DNA of 64,000 nt from an uncultured Candidatus Binatia bacterium (GTDB taxonomy: Bacteria; Desulfobacterota; Binatia; UBA9968; JAJDTQ01). The stretch is from the NCBI GenBank assembly GCA_965242525.1, contig OZ251459.1, positions 2,944,001-3,008,000 on the forward strand, read 5' to 3'. The notes under the pieces were generated by a model that did not search any database, was not told the origin of the DNA, and was given only the letters and a program-made list of their open reading frames with translations. Of the stretch, positions 19,662-29,193 are shown piece by piece; the stretch's first letter is position 1, and every line of letters starts with the position of its first letter. The translations under genes and the position numbers were made by a program.

Positions 19662-20093
19662 CTAGTCTCCTTTCAGGGGTAAGCGCAGAGTCACACGGTT
19701 GAAACCGTCGGAACGCTGGTAGTCCGGGTTCGGGAACAGGGCCTTGGTCAGGAAGACCCCGAGCCCGCCGATCTGACGGTCGGCGAGGCTCGCGTGGACG
19801 TCCGGCTCGGGGGCTTCCTCGAACGGATTGAACGCGACTCCCGTATCCTCCAACCGGACGACGACTGCGTCGGCTTCGAGGCGCAACTCCACCCGGAGCT
19901 CCGTGCGCTCCGCATCCGCGAAACCATATTCGATCGTGTTGGTGGCCAACTCGTCCAGGGCAAGGTTCAACTTCTGGATCTGCGCCTCGGACAGCCCGTT
20001 GGCCTCTCCGAAACGGGTCAAGGCTTCGGTCATGGCCGGCAGCGCGGACGAGAGGTCGGGCTCCAGTTCGATAGAAAGCCGAGGCAGCGTCAT
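19662..20093 (-). CDS. Anti-sigma factor Ser/Thr kinase (RsbW-like)
   Basis: LALDELATNTIEYG, EDTGVAFNP, GGLGVFL. Confidence 0.9.
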   Translation of the reverse strand: MTLPRLSIELEPDLSSALPAMTEALTRFGEANGLSEAQIQKLNLALDELATNTIEYGFADAERTELRVELRLEADAVVVRLEDTGVAFNPFEEAPEPDVHASLADRQIGGLGVFLTKALFPNPDYQRSDGFNRVTLRLPLKGD

Positions 20094-20118
20094 CTTCGTA
20101 CCTGACTACCGTTGCATA

Positions 20119-20147
20119 ATGATAGTGGATCGCCAACGGGGTGTCAA
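20119..20147 (-). promoter_or_regulatory. Putative sigma70 promoter of the rsbW-led operon
   Basis: TTGACA-17bp-TATCAT on minus strand. Confidence 0.6.
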
Positions 20148-20172
20148 ACCGCCCGGCTCCGGCGGCTCAGGG

Positions 20173-20646
20173 CTACGACCGGTCCTCGATCCACCGGGCC
20201 AGCGCCTTGCGGGGGTCGGCGACCTCCGCCGCGGAACCGTACCAGTATTCATCCCAGCCGGTCTCCGGCAGACCGGCGAACACCATCAGGTTCAGCGGAT
20301 AGGCTTCGCTGTCGGTGCAGCGGCGAAAGTCGTCCCGGAACAGGAACACCGGCTTCTCCCAGGCGATGGCCATGCCGAGCTCCACCATGACGCCCTCGTC
20401 CGGGGGACAGCCGTTGACCACCGCGAACAGCCCGTCCGCATCCCGCACGTCGCGGAGGTCGGCCTGTCCGATGCGGTACGCCCAGCCGGGCTGCGCCCGG
20501 TCCACCTGGTTGTTGCGGGCGAAGGGCTCCCACACCTCCGCGCCCAGGGCTTCCAGCGCCGACACCAACGCCGCCAATGGCCCCTCCCGCTGCTGCGAGG
20601 AAAAGCCGTAGGGGTTCGCCAAGTACAGGGTCTTCTTCGTGTTCAT
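20173..20646 (-). CDS. Nucleoside 2-deoxyribosyltransferase-family protein
   Basis: LYLANPYGFS, D...V..AD, PPDEGVMVELGMA, LNLMV. Confidence 0.85.
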   Translation of the reverse strand: MNTKKTLYLANPYGFSSQQREGPLAALVSALEALGAEVWEPFARNNQVDRAQPGWAYRIGQADLRDVRDADGLFAVVNGCPPDEGVMVELGMAIAWEKPVFLFRDDFRRCTDSEAYPLNLMVFAGLPETGWDEYWYGSAAEVADPRKALARWIEDRS

Positions 20647-20800
20647 CCGCATGCCTCCCGTGTATGCCGTCCTGCGGACAGGATCGATGAACATGGCCGA
20701 GATCGGACGTTTTGTCCAACGAAGCGCGCTCTTTCTCCGGGATTGTTCGGAGGTTCCCAAAGGGGAAAATCCATAGCGGCGCTTTCGATTTTCCCGTATA

Positions 20801-21961
20801 ATGTCGGATGTGGTTCCCCGTACCCGACATGAAGCAGCGCTTCGCGAGCTGCTGGACCAGTTCCCCGTGGTGGGTCTCGTCGGCGCCCGACAGGTGGGCA
20901 AGACCACGCTTGCCCGTCGTGTGGCCGGACGCGAAGAGCGGCCCGTCACCGTCTTCGACCTCGAAGACCCGACCGACGAGGCGAAGTTCGCCGACCCCAA
21001 ACTTGTCCTCGAACCCCTGCGGGGCCTGGTGGTCATCGACGAAGTGCAGCGGAGCGAAGGACTCTTTCGGCTGTTGCGGGTGCTCGTGGACCGCCCGGAC
21101 AACCCGGCCCGGTTCCTGGTGCTCGGCAGCGCAGGCCCCGACCTGCTGCGCCAGTCGTCCGAGACCCTCGCGGGGCGCATCGCGTACTACGAGCTTCCGC
21201 CCTTCCGGGTCGGCGAGACGGGCGCCGACGCCATCTCGCGCCTGTGGTCCCGCGGCGGCTTTCCACCGTCGTTCCTCGCCCCGGACGACCGCCGGAGCTT
21301 CGCGTGGCGGACCGCCTTCATCCGCACGTTTCTCGAGCGCGACCTCCCGCAGCTCGGGGTCCCGGTGGCCGCGGCGACCATGCGCCGCTTCTGGACCATG
21401 GTGGCGCACTACCACGGCAATCGATGGAACGGCGCCGAGGTCGGCCGCGCTCTCGGGGCGACGGCCCCGACCATCAACGCCTATCTCGATGCGCTGGCGG
21501 ACGCGCTGGTGGTGCGCCGGATGCAGCCTTGGCGCGAGAACCTGAAGAAACGGCAGGTCAAGGCGCCGAAGGTGTATCTCGCCGATACCGGGCTGCTGCA
21601 CGCGCTGCTCGGCCTGGACTCCGAATCCGCCCTCGCCGGCCATCCCAAGTCCGGCGCCTCCTGGGAAGGATTCGCCATGCAGGAGGTCGTGGGGACGCTC
21701 GGAGTCGATTGGGATCGATGCTACTACTGGGCGACCCACCGGGGCGCGGAACTCGACCTGCTGGTCCTGGACGGGGGCCGGCGGCTCGGGTTCGAGTTCA
21801 AGCGGACCAGTGCTCCGGCAATGACCCGCTCCATGCACTCGGCGCTGTCCGACCTGGAGCTCGACCGGCTGTTCACGGTCTTCCCGGGCGACTCCCGCTT
21901 CCCCCTCCACGAGCGTGCGGAAGCCGTCGGCCTCGCCCTCGCGTGCGCCGAGGGGTTCTGA
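20801..21961 (+). CDS. AAA_14 ATPase with DUF4143 domain
   Basis: GARQVGKTT, IDEVQR, LGSA, LAGR, RGGFP, PKVYLADTGL, ELDL...EFK. Confidence 0.9.
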   Translation: MSDVVPRTRHEAALRELLDQFPVVGLVGARQVGKTTLARRVAGREERPVTVFDLEDPTDEAKFADPKLVLEPLRGLVVIDEVQRSEGLFRLLRVLVDRPDNPARFLVLGSAGPDLLRQSSETLAGRIAYYELPPFRVGETGADAISRLWSRGGFPPSFLAPDDRRSFAWRTAFIRTFLERDLPQLGVPVAAATMRRFWTMVAHYHGNRWNGAEVGRALGATAPTINAYLDALADALVVRRMQPWRENLKKRQVKAPKVYLADTGLLHALLGLDSESALAGHPKSGASWEGFAMQEVVGTLGVDWDRCYYWATHRGAELDLLVLDGGRRLGFEFKRTSAPAMTRSMHSALSDLELDRLFTVFPGDSRFPLHERAEAVGLALACAEGF

Positions 21962-21963
21962 CC

Positions 21964-23325
21964 CTACCGCCGTTCCTCCGGGATCAGGCCGTGGGGGGCG
22001 AAGCGCATGACCAGCAGGAGGACCAGCCCCATGACCACGTGGCGCATGTGGGCGGCGCTGCCCAGGAGATGGCTCCGGACGGGGTTGTCCGGGGCCAGGG
22101 GGGAGGTGGCGGCCTCCATCAGCCACAGGCCCACGGGCTCCGCTTCCACCCATACGTACCAGATCACGAAGCCGCCGAGGACCGCCCCCCAGTTGTTGCC
22201 GGAACCGCCGACGATCACCATGACCCAGATGAGGAAGGTGAAGCGCATGGGCTGGTAGGAGACCGGCGTGAACTGACCGTCCAGGGTCGTGAGCATGGCT
22301 CCGGCAATGCCGATCACCGCGGAGCCGAGCACGAAGACCTGCAGGTGCCGGGCGGTGACGTCCTTTCCCATGGCGCCGGCCGCGGTCTCGTTGTCCCGGA
22401 TGGCCCGCATCATCCGTCCCCAGGGCGCGCGCAGCGCGGACTCGGACAGCCACATCAGGACCACGAGCACCAGCGCGAAGAGGACCGCGTAGCAGAGTTT
22501 CACCACCACGGACGAAAGGTCCACCGGGGTCGCCCCCAGGCTTTCGGCCCATCCCCGGAACCACAGGGCCTGCTGCAGATCGACCTCGTAGGGCACGGGC
22601 CGCGGCAGGCCGCTCACGTTCTTCACCCCCCGGGCGAGCCATTCCTCGTACTTGAGGAAGGCCACGATGATCTCGGAGATGCCGAGGGTGGCGATGGCGA
22701 GGTAGTCGGAGCGAAGGCCGAGGCTGATCTTGCCCGCGGCCCAGCCCGCGGCCGCGGCCAACGCGCCGCCCGCGAGCCAGGAAAGGACGATGGGAAGCCC
22801 GAACCCCCCGAGGTAGCCGGTCCTGGAGGGGTCCACCGCCTCGATGGCCTGCACCGCGGGCTCGAACAGGGCCCGGGCCGCGAGATACCCCCCGAGCAGC
22901 ACCAGCGCCACCGCGAGCTTCCGGTATCGCGGCCGCGCGACCATGCGGCGCACGCGCATGGCGGCGAATATGGTGAGCAGCGCCAGCGCGAGAGCAAAGG
23001 CCACGCCCGCGCCGCCGGCCCGCCACGCCTCGGCCACCGGGGGCATGGACACCACCACTCCCGCCAGCCCGCCGATGGCGGCGAAGCCCATGATGCCGGC
23101 GTTGAACAGGCCGGCATAGCCCCACTGGATGTTGACCCCCAGGGTCATGATCGCCGAGATCAGGCACAGGTTGAGGATCGCCAGCGCCAGGGGCCAACTC
23201 TGCGCCGCGCCCACCAGGCAGACCAGCGCCCCCATGACCGCGAACAGGACGGGCTTGCGGGGCGTCCGCAGCGCCCGGCCCACCCGGCCGGCGAACCCTC
23301 CCGCGGCCGCGGAACCGTCCGTCAT
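21964..23325 (-). CDS. livM: Branched-chain amino-acid ABC permease (LivM-like)
   Basis: LGVNIQWGYAGLFNAG, LRSDYLAIATLG, WGRMMRAIRDNE, GGSGNNWG. Confidence 0.88.
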   Translation of the reverse strand: MTDGSAAAGGFAGRVGRALRTPRKPVLFAVMGALVCLVGAAQSWPLALAILNLCLISAIMTLGVNIQWGYAGLFNAGIMGFAAIGGLAGVVVSMPPVAEAWRAGGAGVAFALALALLTIFAAMRVRRMVARPRYRKLAVALVLLGGYLAARALFEPAVQAIEAVDPSRTGYLGGFGLPIVLSWLAGGALAAAAGWAAGKISLGLRSDYLAIATLGISEIIVAFLKYEEWLARGVKNVSGLPRPVPYEVDLQQALWFRGWAESLGATPVDLSSVVVKLCYAVLFALVLVVLMWLSESALRAPWGRMMRAIRDNETAAGAMGKDVTARHLQVFVLGSAVIGIAGAMLTTLDGQFTPVSYQPMRFTFLIWVMVIVGGSGNNWGAVLGGFVIWYVWVEAEPVGLWLMEAATSPLAPDNPVRSHLLGSAAHMRHVVMGLVLLLVMRFAPHGLIPEERR

Positions 23326-24335
23326 GGGGACTTCCCGCTGAATATGCCGGTGGGCTTCACCAGCAGCACCACCACCAGGATGAAGAACGACACCGCGAAC
23401 TTGTAGTCGGTGGAAAGGAACTGCACCAGACCGTCCGGCTGCCAGCCCTCCGGGACCAGGTAGGTCAGGAACTTCCGGTAGGGATAGGTGAGGAATACCT
23501 CCGAGAAGGCCACCACGAAGCCCCCGGCGATGGCCCCCGGGGCGCTGCCGAGGCCGCCGACGATGGCCGCGGCGAAGATCGGCAACAGCAGGGACAGGTA
23601 GGTGAAGGGCTTGAAGCTCTTGTCGAGCCCGTACAGGGTCCCCGCCACCGCCGCCAGGGCGCCGACCATCAACCAGGTGACCGCCACCACCCGTTCCGGG
23701 TCGATGCCGGACAGCAGGGCCAGGTCTTCGTTGTCGGAATAGGCGCGCATGGACTTGCCGGTGCGGGTCCGCTCCAGGAACCAGAAGACCGCGGCCACCA
23801 GGACCACCGCCACCGCCACGCTGAGGACCTGGGTGGTCTTGACCGCCAGCCCCTCGGCCAGTCCCGTGTAGGCCTTGAACTGGCGGGCGGTGACCAGGAA
23901 GCGCTCGCCGTCGGTGAAGACCCGGTCCCCGGGGCCGATGACGAAACGGACGAGGCCGTTGAGCAGGAACATGACCCCCACGGAGACCACGAGGAAGATG
24001 ACCGGCGCCGCCTTCCGCCGCCGGTAGAACCGATAGACCCAACGGTCCACCAGCACGCAGAGTCCCGCGGCGGCGAGCATCCCCGCGGGAAGCGCCAGCA
24101 GGGCCGTGGGCAGGGGCCCGATGCCGACGTTCCAGGACTGCAACAGCCAGGTGACGAGTATGGTGACCATGGCGCCCACGGCCATGGTCTCGCCGTGGGC
24201 GAAGTTGGAGAAGCGCAGTATGCCGTAAACCAGGGTGACGCCCAGGGCGCCCAGGGCGAGCTGGCAGCCGTAGGCCAGCGCCGGGACCACCAGGAAGTTG
24301 CTGAGCAGCACGACCGCGTTGGCGACGCTCTCCAA
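23322..24335 (-). CDS. livH: Branched-chain amino-acid ABC permease (LivH-like)
   Basis: GVTLVYGILRFSNFAHG, GKSMRAYSDN, GGLGSAPGA, KPTGIF. Confidence 0.88.
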   Translation of the reverse strand: MESVANAVVLLSNFLVVPALAYGCQLALGALGVTLVYGILRFSNFAHGETMAVGAMVTILVTWLLQSWNVGIGPLPTALLALPAGMLAAAGLCVLVDRWVYRFYRRRKAAPVIFLVVSVGVMFLLNGLVRFVIGPGDRVFTDGERFLVTARQFKAYTGLAEGLAVKTTQVLSVAVAVVLVAAVFWFLERTRTGKSMRAYSDNEDLALLSGIDPERVVAVTWLMVGALAAVAGTLYGLDKSFKPFTYLSLLLPIFAAAIVGGLGSAPGAIAGGFVVAFSEVFLTYPYRKFLTYLVPEGWQPDGLVQFLSTDYKFAVSFFILVVVLLVKPTGIFSGKSP

Positions 24336-24338
24336 GGA

Positions 24339-25043
24339 TCACCCCCCGAGGAACGCCAGCCGGACTTCCGGGTTCGCCAGCAGGGCCGGACCCGTGTCCG
24401 TGTGGCGGTTGCGGCCCTGCACCAGCACGAACCCCCTGTCCGCCAGGCCCAGGGCCTGGCGCGCGTTCTGCTCGACGATGAGCACCGCGACGCCGCTCCG
24501 GGCCACGTCGGCGATGCGCTCGAAGAGCTCGTGGGTGACGATGGGCGACACCCCGGCCGTGGGCTCGTCGAGCATGAGCACCCGGGGCCGGCTCATCAAC
24601 GCCCGGCCGATGGCCGCCTGCTGGCGCTGGCCGCCGGACAGCTCGCCCACGGGCTGCCGCCGCTTCTCTCCCAGCACGGGGAACAGGCCGTACACCTCCT
24701 CCAGCGTGCCGGAGATGTCGTCCTCCCGCAGGAAGGCGCCCATCTCCAGGTTCTCCGCCACGCTCATGGAGGTGAACACGTTGTCGGTCTGCGGCACGAA
24801 GCCCATGCCCTTGCGGGCCCGGACCTGCGGCGCCAGGGCGGTGATGTCCTCGCCGTCCAGGCGCACCGTGCCGGCGCGAAGCCGCACCATCCCGAACAGG
24901 GCCTTCATGGCGGTGGATTTGCCGGCGCCGTTGGGTCCCACCACCACCGCGATCTCGCCCCGATCGACGGCGATGCTGCACCCCCGCAGGATGTCCGGGC
25001 CGCCGTAGCCGCCCATCATGTCCTCGCCCACCAGCAGGCTCAT
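24339..25043 (-). CDS. livF: ABC ATP-binding protein (LivF-like)
   Basis: GPNGAGKST, LSGGQRQ, LDEPTAG, VEQNARQAL. Confidence 0.88.
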   Translation of the reverse strand: MSLLVGEDMMGGYGGPDILRGCSIAVDRGEIAVVVGPNGAGKSTAMKALFGMVRLRAGTVRLDGEDITALAPQVRARKGMGFVPQTDNVFTSMSVAENLEMGAFLREDDISGTLEEVYGLFPVLGEKRRQPVGELSGGQRQQAAIGRALMSRPRVLMLDEPTAGVSPIVTHELFERIADVARSGVAVLIVEQNARQALGLADRGFVLVQGRNRHTDTGPALLANPEVRLAFLGG

Positions 25044-25822
25044 GGGGACCGCCCCTCCCGGGACACGGACTCCCTGCCCAGATACGCCTCGATGACCCGC
25101 TCGTCGGACCGCACCTCCGGGGCCGACCCCTGGGTCAGCACCGCCCCCTCCGCCATGACGATGACCGGGTCGCACAGCAGCGAGATCAACTCCATGTCGT
25201 GCTCGATGACGCAGAAGGTGTAGCCGCGCTCCAGGTTGAGGCGCAGGATGGCGCCGGCGATGTCCTTCAGCAGGGCACGGTTGACGCCGGCGCCCACCTC
25301 GTCGAGCAGCACCACCCGCGGCTCCACCATCATGGTGCGGCCGAGCTCCAGGAGCTTCTTCTGCCCGCCCGACAGGTTGCCGGCCCGCTCCCCGGCCACC
25401 GCTTCGAGCTTCAGGAACTCGATCACATCGTCCGCCCGGGCGCGGATGGCTTCCTCCTCGGCGCGGATCTTCCCGGGCCGGAACCAGACGTCCAGGAGGC
25501 TCTCGCCGGACTGGCCGGCCGGCACCGTCATGAGGTTCTCCCGAACCGTCAGCGTGGAGAACTCCTGCGCGATCTGGAACGTGCGCATCACGCCCTTGGC
25601 GAAGAGCTCGTGGGGCCTGAGCCCGGTGACGTCCTCGCCGTCGAGACGGACGGCGCCGGAGGTGGGCCGGTACATGCCGGCGACCACGTTGAAGAGGGTG
25701 GTCTTGCCCGCGCCGTTGGGGCCGATGAGGCCGGTGATGGAGCCGCGCTCGATGACCAGCGAAGCGCCGTCCACGGCCCGGACGCCGCCGAAGTGCATGT
25801 GCAGGTTCTCAACGGCGATCAT
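25040..25822 (-). CDS. livG: ABC ATP-binding protein (LivG-like)
   Basis: GPNGAGKTTLFN, RTFQ, LSGGQKK, IEHDM, VIEAYLG. Confidence 0.88.
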   Translation of the reverse strand: MIAVENLHMHFGGVRAVDGASLVIERGSITGLIGPNGAGKTTLFNVVAGMYRPTSGAVRLDGEDVTGLRPHELFAKGVMRTFQIAQEFSTLTVRENLMTVPAGQSGESLLDVWFRPGKIRAEEEAIRARADDVIEFLKLEAVAGERAGNLSGGQKKLLELGRTMMVEPRVVLLDEVGAGVNRALLKDIAGAILRLNLERGYTFCVIEHDMELISLLCDPVIVMAEGAVLTQGSAPEVRSDERVIEAYLGRESVSREGRSP

Positions 25823-25838
25823 CGAAGGAGGGAGGGGC

Positions 25839-25873
25839 GGTCCGCGGGACGGATTTCGGCGTCCCGCGGACCG
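25839..25873 (-). terminator. Intergenic hairpin after the binding-protein gene
   Basis: GGTCCGCGGGAC...GTCCCGCGGACC. Confidence 0.4.
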
Positions 25874-25885
25874 CCGGAGGGCAGC

Positions 25886-27070
25886 CTACCGGTAGGCTGC
25901 GGTCGTGATCTTGCCGCCCTCGACGAGGATCTCCCGGTAGTTCCCGGCGCTTTCGCCCGGCCCGATCAACTCCACCGCGCTGGCGCCCACGTAGTCCACG
26001 TCGCCGCCTTCCGCCAGGATTTTCAGGGCCTTGCCGAGCTCCCCGGGATAGATCTTCTCGCCCGGGGCGTTGGCCACCATCGCCACCTTGTCCTTGAGCT
26101 TGGCGCTGTCCGCGGACTTGGCGGCCTGCATGGCCAGCAGGATCAGCGCGGCCGCGTCATACGACTCGCCCGAGAAGGGGCCGGTCTCGAAGCCCGCGGC
26201 CTTGGCCATGTCGGCGTACTTGGCCGCCCCGGGGCTGTCGGTGCCGGGCACGGTGCCGATGGAGCCGTCGAGGCCCGAACCGATGGCCTCCGCCAGCGGT
26301 TCACCCACCATGCCGTCGGGCAGGAAGAACTTGTCGAAGGCGCCCGTGTCCAGGGCCGCCTGGATAATGCCCTTGCCGCCCTGGTCCAGGTAACCGGCCA
26401 CGATCAGGATGTCGCCGCCGGCCGCGGCCAGCGCCGCCACCTCGGCGCTGTAGTCGCCCTTGCCGTCCTCATGGGGCGAGGACACGGTGATGCGGCCGCC
26501 GCGCTTCTCCACGTTGGTCTTGATGCTGTCCGCCAGCCCCTTGCCGTAGTCGTTGTTGGTGTAGGTCAGGGCCGCCTGCGTGATCCCCTTGTCCTTCAGG
26601 ATGTCCGCGACCACCTCGCCTTGGCGCGCGTCCGAAGGCGCGGTGCGGAAGAAGAGGCCGTCGTCCTCGATGGTCGAAAGGGCCGGCGAGGTGGCCGAAG
26701 GGGAGATCATCACGATGCCGTTGGGCCGGGCCACGTTCTTCAGCATGGCGATGGTGACCCCCGAGCAGTCGCCGCCCACGATGGCGTTGACCTTGTCCGA
26801 GGTGACCACCCGCTCGGTGGCCGCGGTCCCCGCGGCCGTGTCCCCGCACGTGGAGTCGCCCCGCACCGACACCACCTTGGCGCCCCCCAGCAGCGCCTTG
26901 CTGTCGGTCACTTCCTTCATGGCCAGCTCCGCGCCCTTGGCCATGGCCGGCGTCAGCGACTCGATGGGTCCCGTGAACCCGATCACCACCCCCAGCTTGA
27001 CGTCGGCCGCAAGGGCCGCGGCCGGCATCAGCGCAAGGGCCATACCTGCTGCAATCAAACCGCGTTTCAT
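25886..27070 (-). CDS. Branched-chain amino-acid ABC substrate-binding protein
   Basis: Signal peptide; GFTGP, SPSATSPALS, FFRTAPSDARQG, NNDYGKG, YDAA. Confidence 0.9.
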   Translation of the reverse strand: MKRGLIAAGMALALMPAAALAADVKLGVVIGFTGPIESLTPAMAKGAELAMKEVTDSKALLGGAKVVSVRGDSTCGDTAAGTAATERVVTSDKVNAIVGGDCSGVTIAMLKNVARPNGIVMISPSATSPALSTIEDDGLFFRTAPSDARQGEVVADILKDKGITQAALTYTNNDYGKGLADSIKTNVEKRGGRITVSSPHEDGKGDYSAEVAALAAAGGDILIVAGYLDQGGKGIIQAALDTGAFDKFFLPDGMVGEPLAEAIGSGLDGSIGTVPGTDSPGAAKYADMAKAAGFETGPFSGESYDAAALILLAMQAAKSADSAKLKDKVAMVANAPGEKIYPGELGKALKILAEGGDVDYVGASAVELIGPGESAGNYREILVEGGKITTAAYR

Positions 27071-27120
27071 AGCGACTTCCTCCTCCGAGTAATGTTGCGC
27101 ACGCCGCACACTCGCATGTG

Positions 27121-27149
27121 CCTTTACGATACCGCTCACTCCATGTCAA
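27121..27149 (-). promoter_or_regulatory. Putative promoter of the liv operon
   Basis: TTGACA-17bp-TAAAGG on minus strand. Confidence 0.4.
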
Positions 27150-27366
27150 GGCCGACCGGATAAAGAACGGGGCTATCCGGGATTTCCGGGTTCCGGTCCG
27201 TGCTCGTCCCGTCCATCGTCGTCCGTTGACTCGAATAGTACCGCCAAAACCCCCGAAAGGCAATAACCCGGGGCGAGCGAACCGCGTCCTGCATCTGCAA
27301 GGCGTGCGGGTTCTCCGAACGGTACGACCTCGCAAGGCTCGCCGGACGAGCCGCAGGCTGGAGGCG

Positions 27367-27903
27367 TCAGGGGCGAGCCGCAAAGTCCCGGATCGCATCC
27401 GGGAACCAATCGACGAATGTCGTCGCGGATCTGTACAAGTCATAGATTTCGGATGAAGTCTTTTCCATCGAGAAGTCCGCGAAGTCTTCGTGAACCAGCG
27501 TGTTCCGTTCCTCACCTATCTGCATGAACGCGTGAATCGACTGGCGCAACTCGTCGTTTTCACCAACTGCGCGAGCCGCGTACTTTTCGAAATCAGGGCC
27601 GAACATGCGGAAGAACCTGTTTGCATTCCTTGCATCCCAGTTGAACCATGTGTGGTATTGGCGTGCGATCGCTTTCTGTTGGATCAATGACACGAGCGGA
27701 TGATCATCACTCGTAGCCTCCCTGGCGAAAACCTCCACCGCGTCCCGCAAGCGTTTCTCGAAGTGGCTTGCCACAGCCAGCAACAGCGCCTTCGGGAAAG
27801 TTTCTTCGACAATGAACCGCAGTCGGAATTCTTCGCCATCGGTCAGGAAACGATGAAGTTCAAGATAGTCATCGTGCAGCCGTTCGATTCCGCTAGAGCT
27901 CAT
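27367..27903 (-). CDS. HEPN-domain protein (putative RNase)
   Basis: LLLAVASHFE helix and RNTLVH (Rx4H) motif; lower GC. Confidence 0.8.
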   Translation of the reverse strand: MSSSGIERLHDDYLELHRFLTDGEEFRLRFIVEETFPKALLLAVASHFEKRLRDAVEVFAREATSDDHPLVSLIQQKAIARQYHTWFNWDARNANRFFRMFGPDFEKYAARAVGENDELRQSIHAFMQIGEERNTLVHEDFADFSMEKTSSEIYDLYRSATTFVDWFPDAIRDFAARP

Positions 27904-27912
27904 TGTCCGCGC

Positions 27913-29082
27913 CTATCCGGTTATCAGTATCTCGGATGCGATCTTCAATCTCTTTTTCACGTTCTCCGTCCGTGTGGTCGATTTTTGTGACGCGGCATTG
28001 AACTGGGGGTCCTTCCTTATGCGATCTACTTTCTCCGCATCCAGACCATTTTCGATGATGCCCTCGTTTGCGTAGGCGTTGGCGCAAGCACCGGTGAAGA
28101 CAGCCTCGAAGAGTGCGAGGTTGAAGCGATTGTTGGCCTTGTTGATGAAGGCGTCGTCCGGCAGCCCGGAAGCGGCCTGAAGGAAAGACAGGAAGAGGGA
28201 CTTCAGTTGACGGTTGTACGCGGCCGTATTCTTTTCACACTTCTTCGAAAATTTGTTCAGGAACCTGACCATGGACGGACTGTACTCCTTGCCGTCGACG
28301 AGCATGGCGAAGCCTCTCAACAGGACCTCGATATCCTTCATGTGCAGGTCAGGTTCGGGAGAGCCAAGCATGGTCCGCCAACCTGCTTCCGCGTTGATTT
28401 CGCTCAGCGTGTTGTAAAACGGAGAATGATACATGCTGGTGCGAATCTCCTGCGGGTGGAGGTTGACGCCGCCGGAATTGAGGCGGTTGAACACTTCGTA
28501 CATTGCCGTGTCGCCGTCGGAGGGACTGTTCTGCTTGATAATGATGCAGCGGATGGGACGTATGTCCAGCCGGGAACGGTGGAGCCCCAAGGCTTCGTAA
28601 GTCAAGCCGCTCAACTCGTTTCTCTGTTCCGGCAAACTCTCCGGCAGCCGCAACTTGAAGTCCTGGAAGTAGGCGTCGTCCTGCAGAACGTCGTCCGGAA
28701 TCTCGCCGTTTTCGTCGAATATGTGTCGAAGATCAGCGCGCCTTTCCTTGCGGGGAAAACGTTGCTGTTTGAAGTAATAAATGGACATCAGGCGTTGTTG
28801 CCCGTCGATGAGCAGGTTCCTGTCCGGACGCTGCTCGTAGAGAAAGAGCTGGGGAACGGGCAGGCCGAGAATGAGCGACTCGATCAGTTTCGATGCCCGG
28901 GGCAGATCCCATACGAAGTGTCTCTGGAAGCCGGGAATACGCACCCAGCCGTTCTTCACCAGTTGGTCCAACGTCATCACGTTGAAATCGCTCGGGACGG
29001 CAGTGATATCGTATTCGCCGACTGCCAAGTCGGCGTCACGGTCGACGTAGTCGTCGTACCTTTCGTCAGACGTACTCGCCAT
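27913..29082 (-). CDS. DUF262 (GmrS/ParB-like) protein
   Basis: IPGFQRHFVW, LIESLILGLPVP, IDGQQRL, FNRLNSGG; RBS AGGAGG. Confidence 0.9.
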   Translation of the reverse strand: MASTSDERYDDYVDRDADLAVGEYDITAVPSDFNVMTLDQLVKNGWVRIPGFQRHFVWDLPRASKLIESLILGLPVPQLFLYEQRPDRNLLIDGQQRLMSIYYFKQQRFPRKERRADLRHIFDENGEIPDDVLQDDAYFQDFKLRLPESLPEQRNELSGLTYEALGLHRSRLDIRPIRCIIIKQNSPSDGDTAMYEVFNRLNSGGVNLHPQEIRTSMYHSPFYNTLSEINAEAGWRTMLGSPEPDLHMKDIEVLLRGFAMLVDGKEYSPSMVRFLNKFSKKCEKNTAAYNRQLKSLFLSFLQAASGLPDDAFINKANNRFNLALFEAVFTGACANAYANEGIIENGLDAEKVDRIRKDPQFNAASQKSTTRTENVKKRLKIASEILITG

Positions 29083-29193
29083 GGAACTCCTCCTTGGCCG
29101 ATGGTTGCCGTCCAATGTACGAAGCGGGAACGGGCGCGTCAAGTACGCGGACCGGGAGCCTCGACCAGACCGGATCCCTCCGGGAACCGGCGC

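Noticed and set aside
21964-24981. Apparent giant fusions in the ORF track (1005-aa permease; likewise 37678-40959, 4923-7196, 31510-33846)
   Set aside because: N-terminal extensions are off-frame read-through; real starts are downstream
27240-27365. Possible riboswitch-like AAACCCCCGAAAGG stretch and a CKACGFSERY zinc-ribbon fragment
   Set aside because: No convincing full aptamer fold and no start or complete ORF; at most a gene remnant
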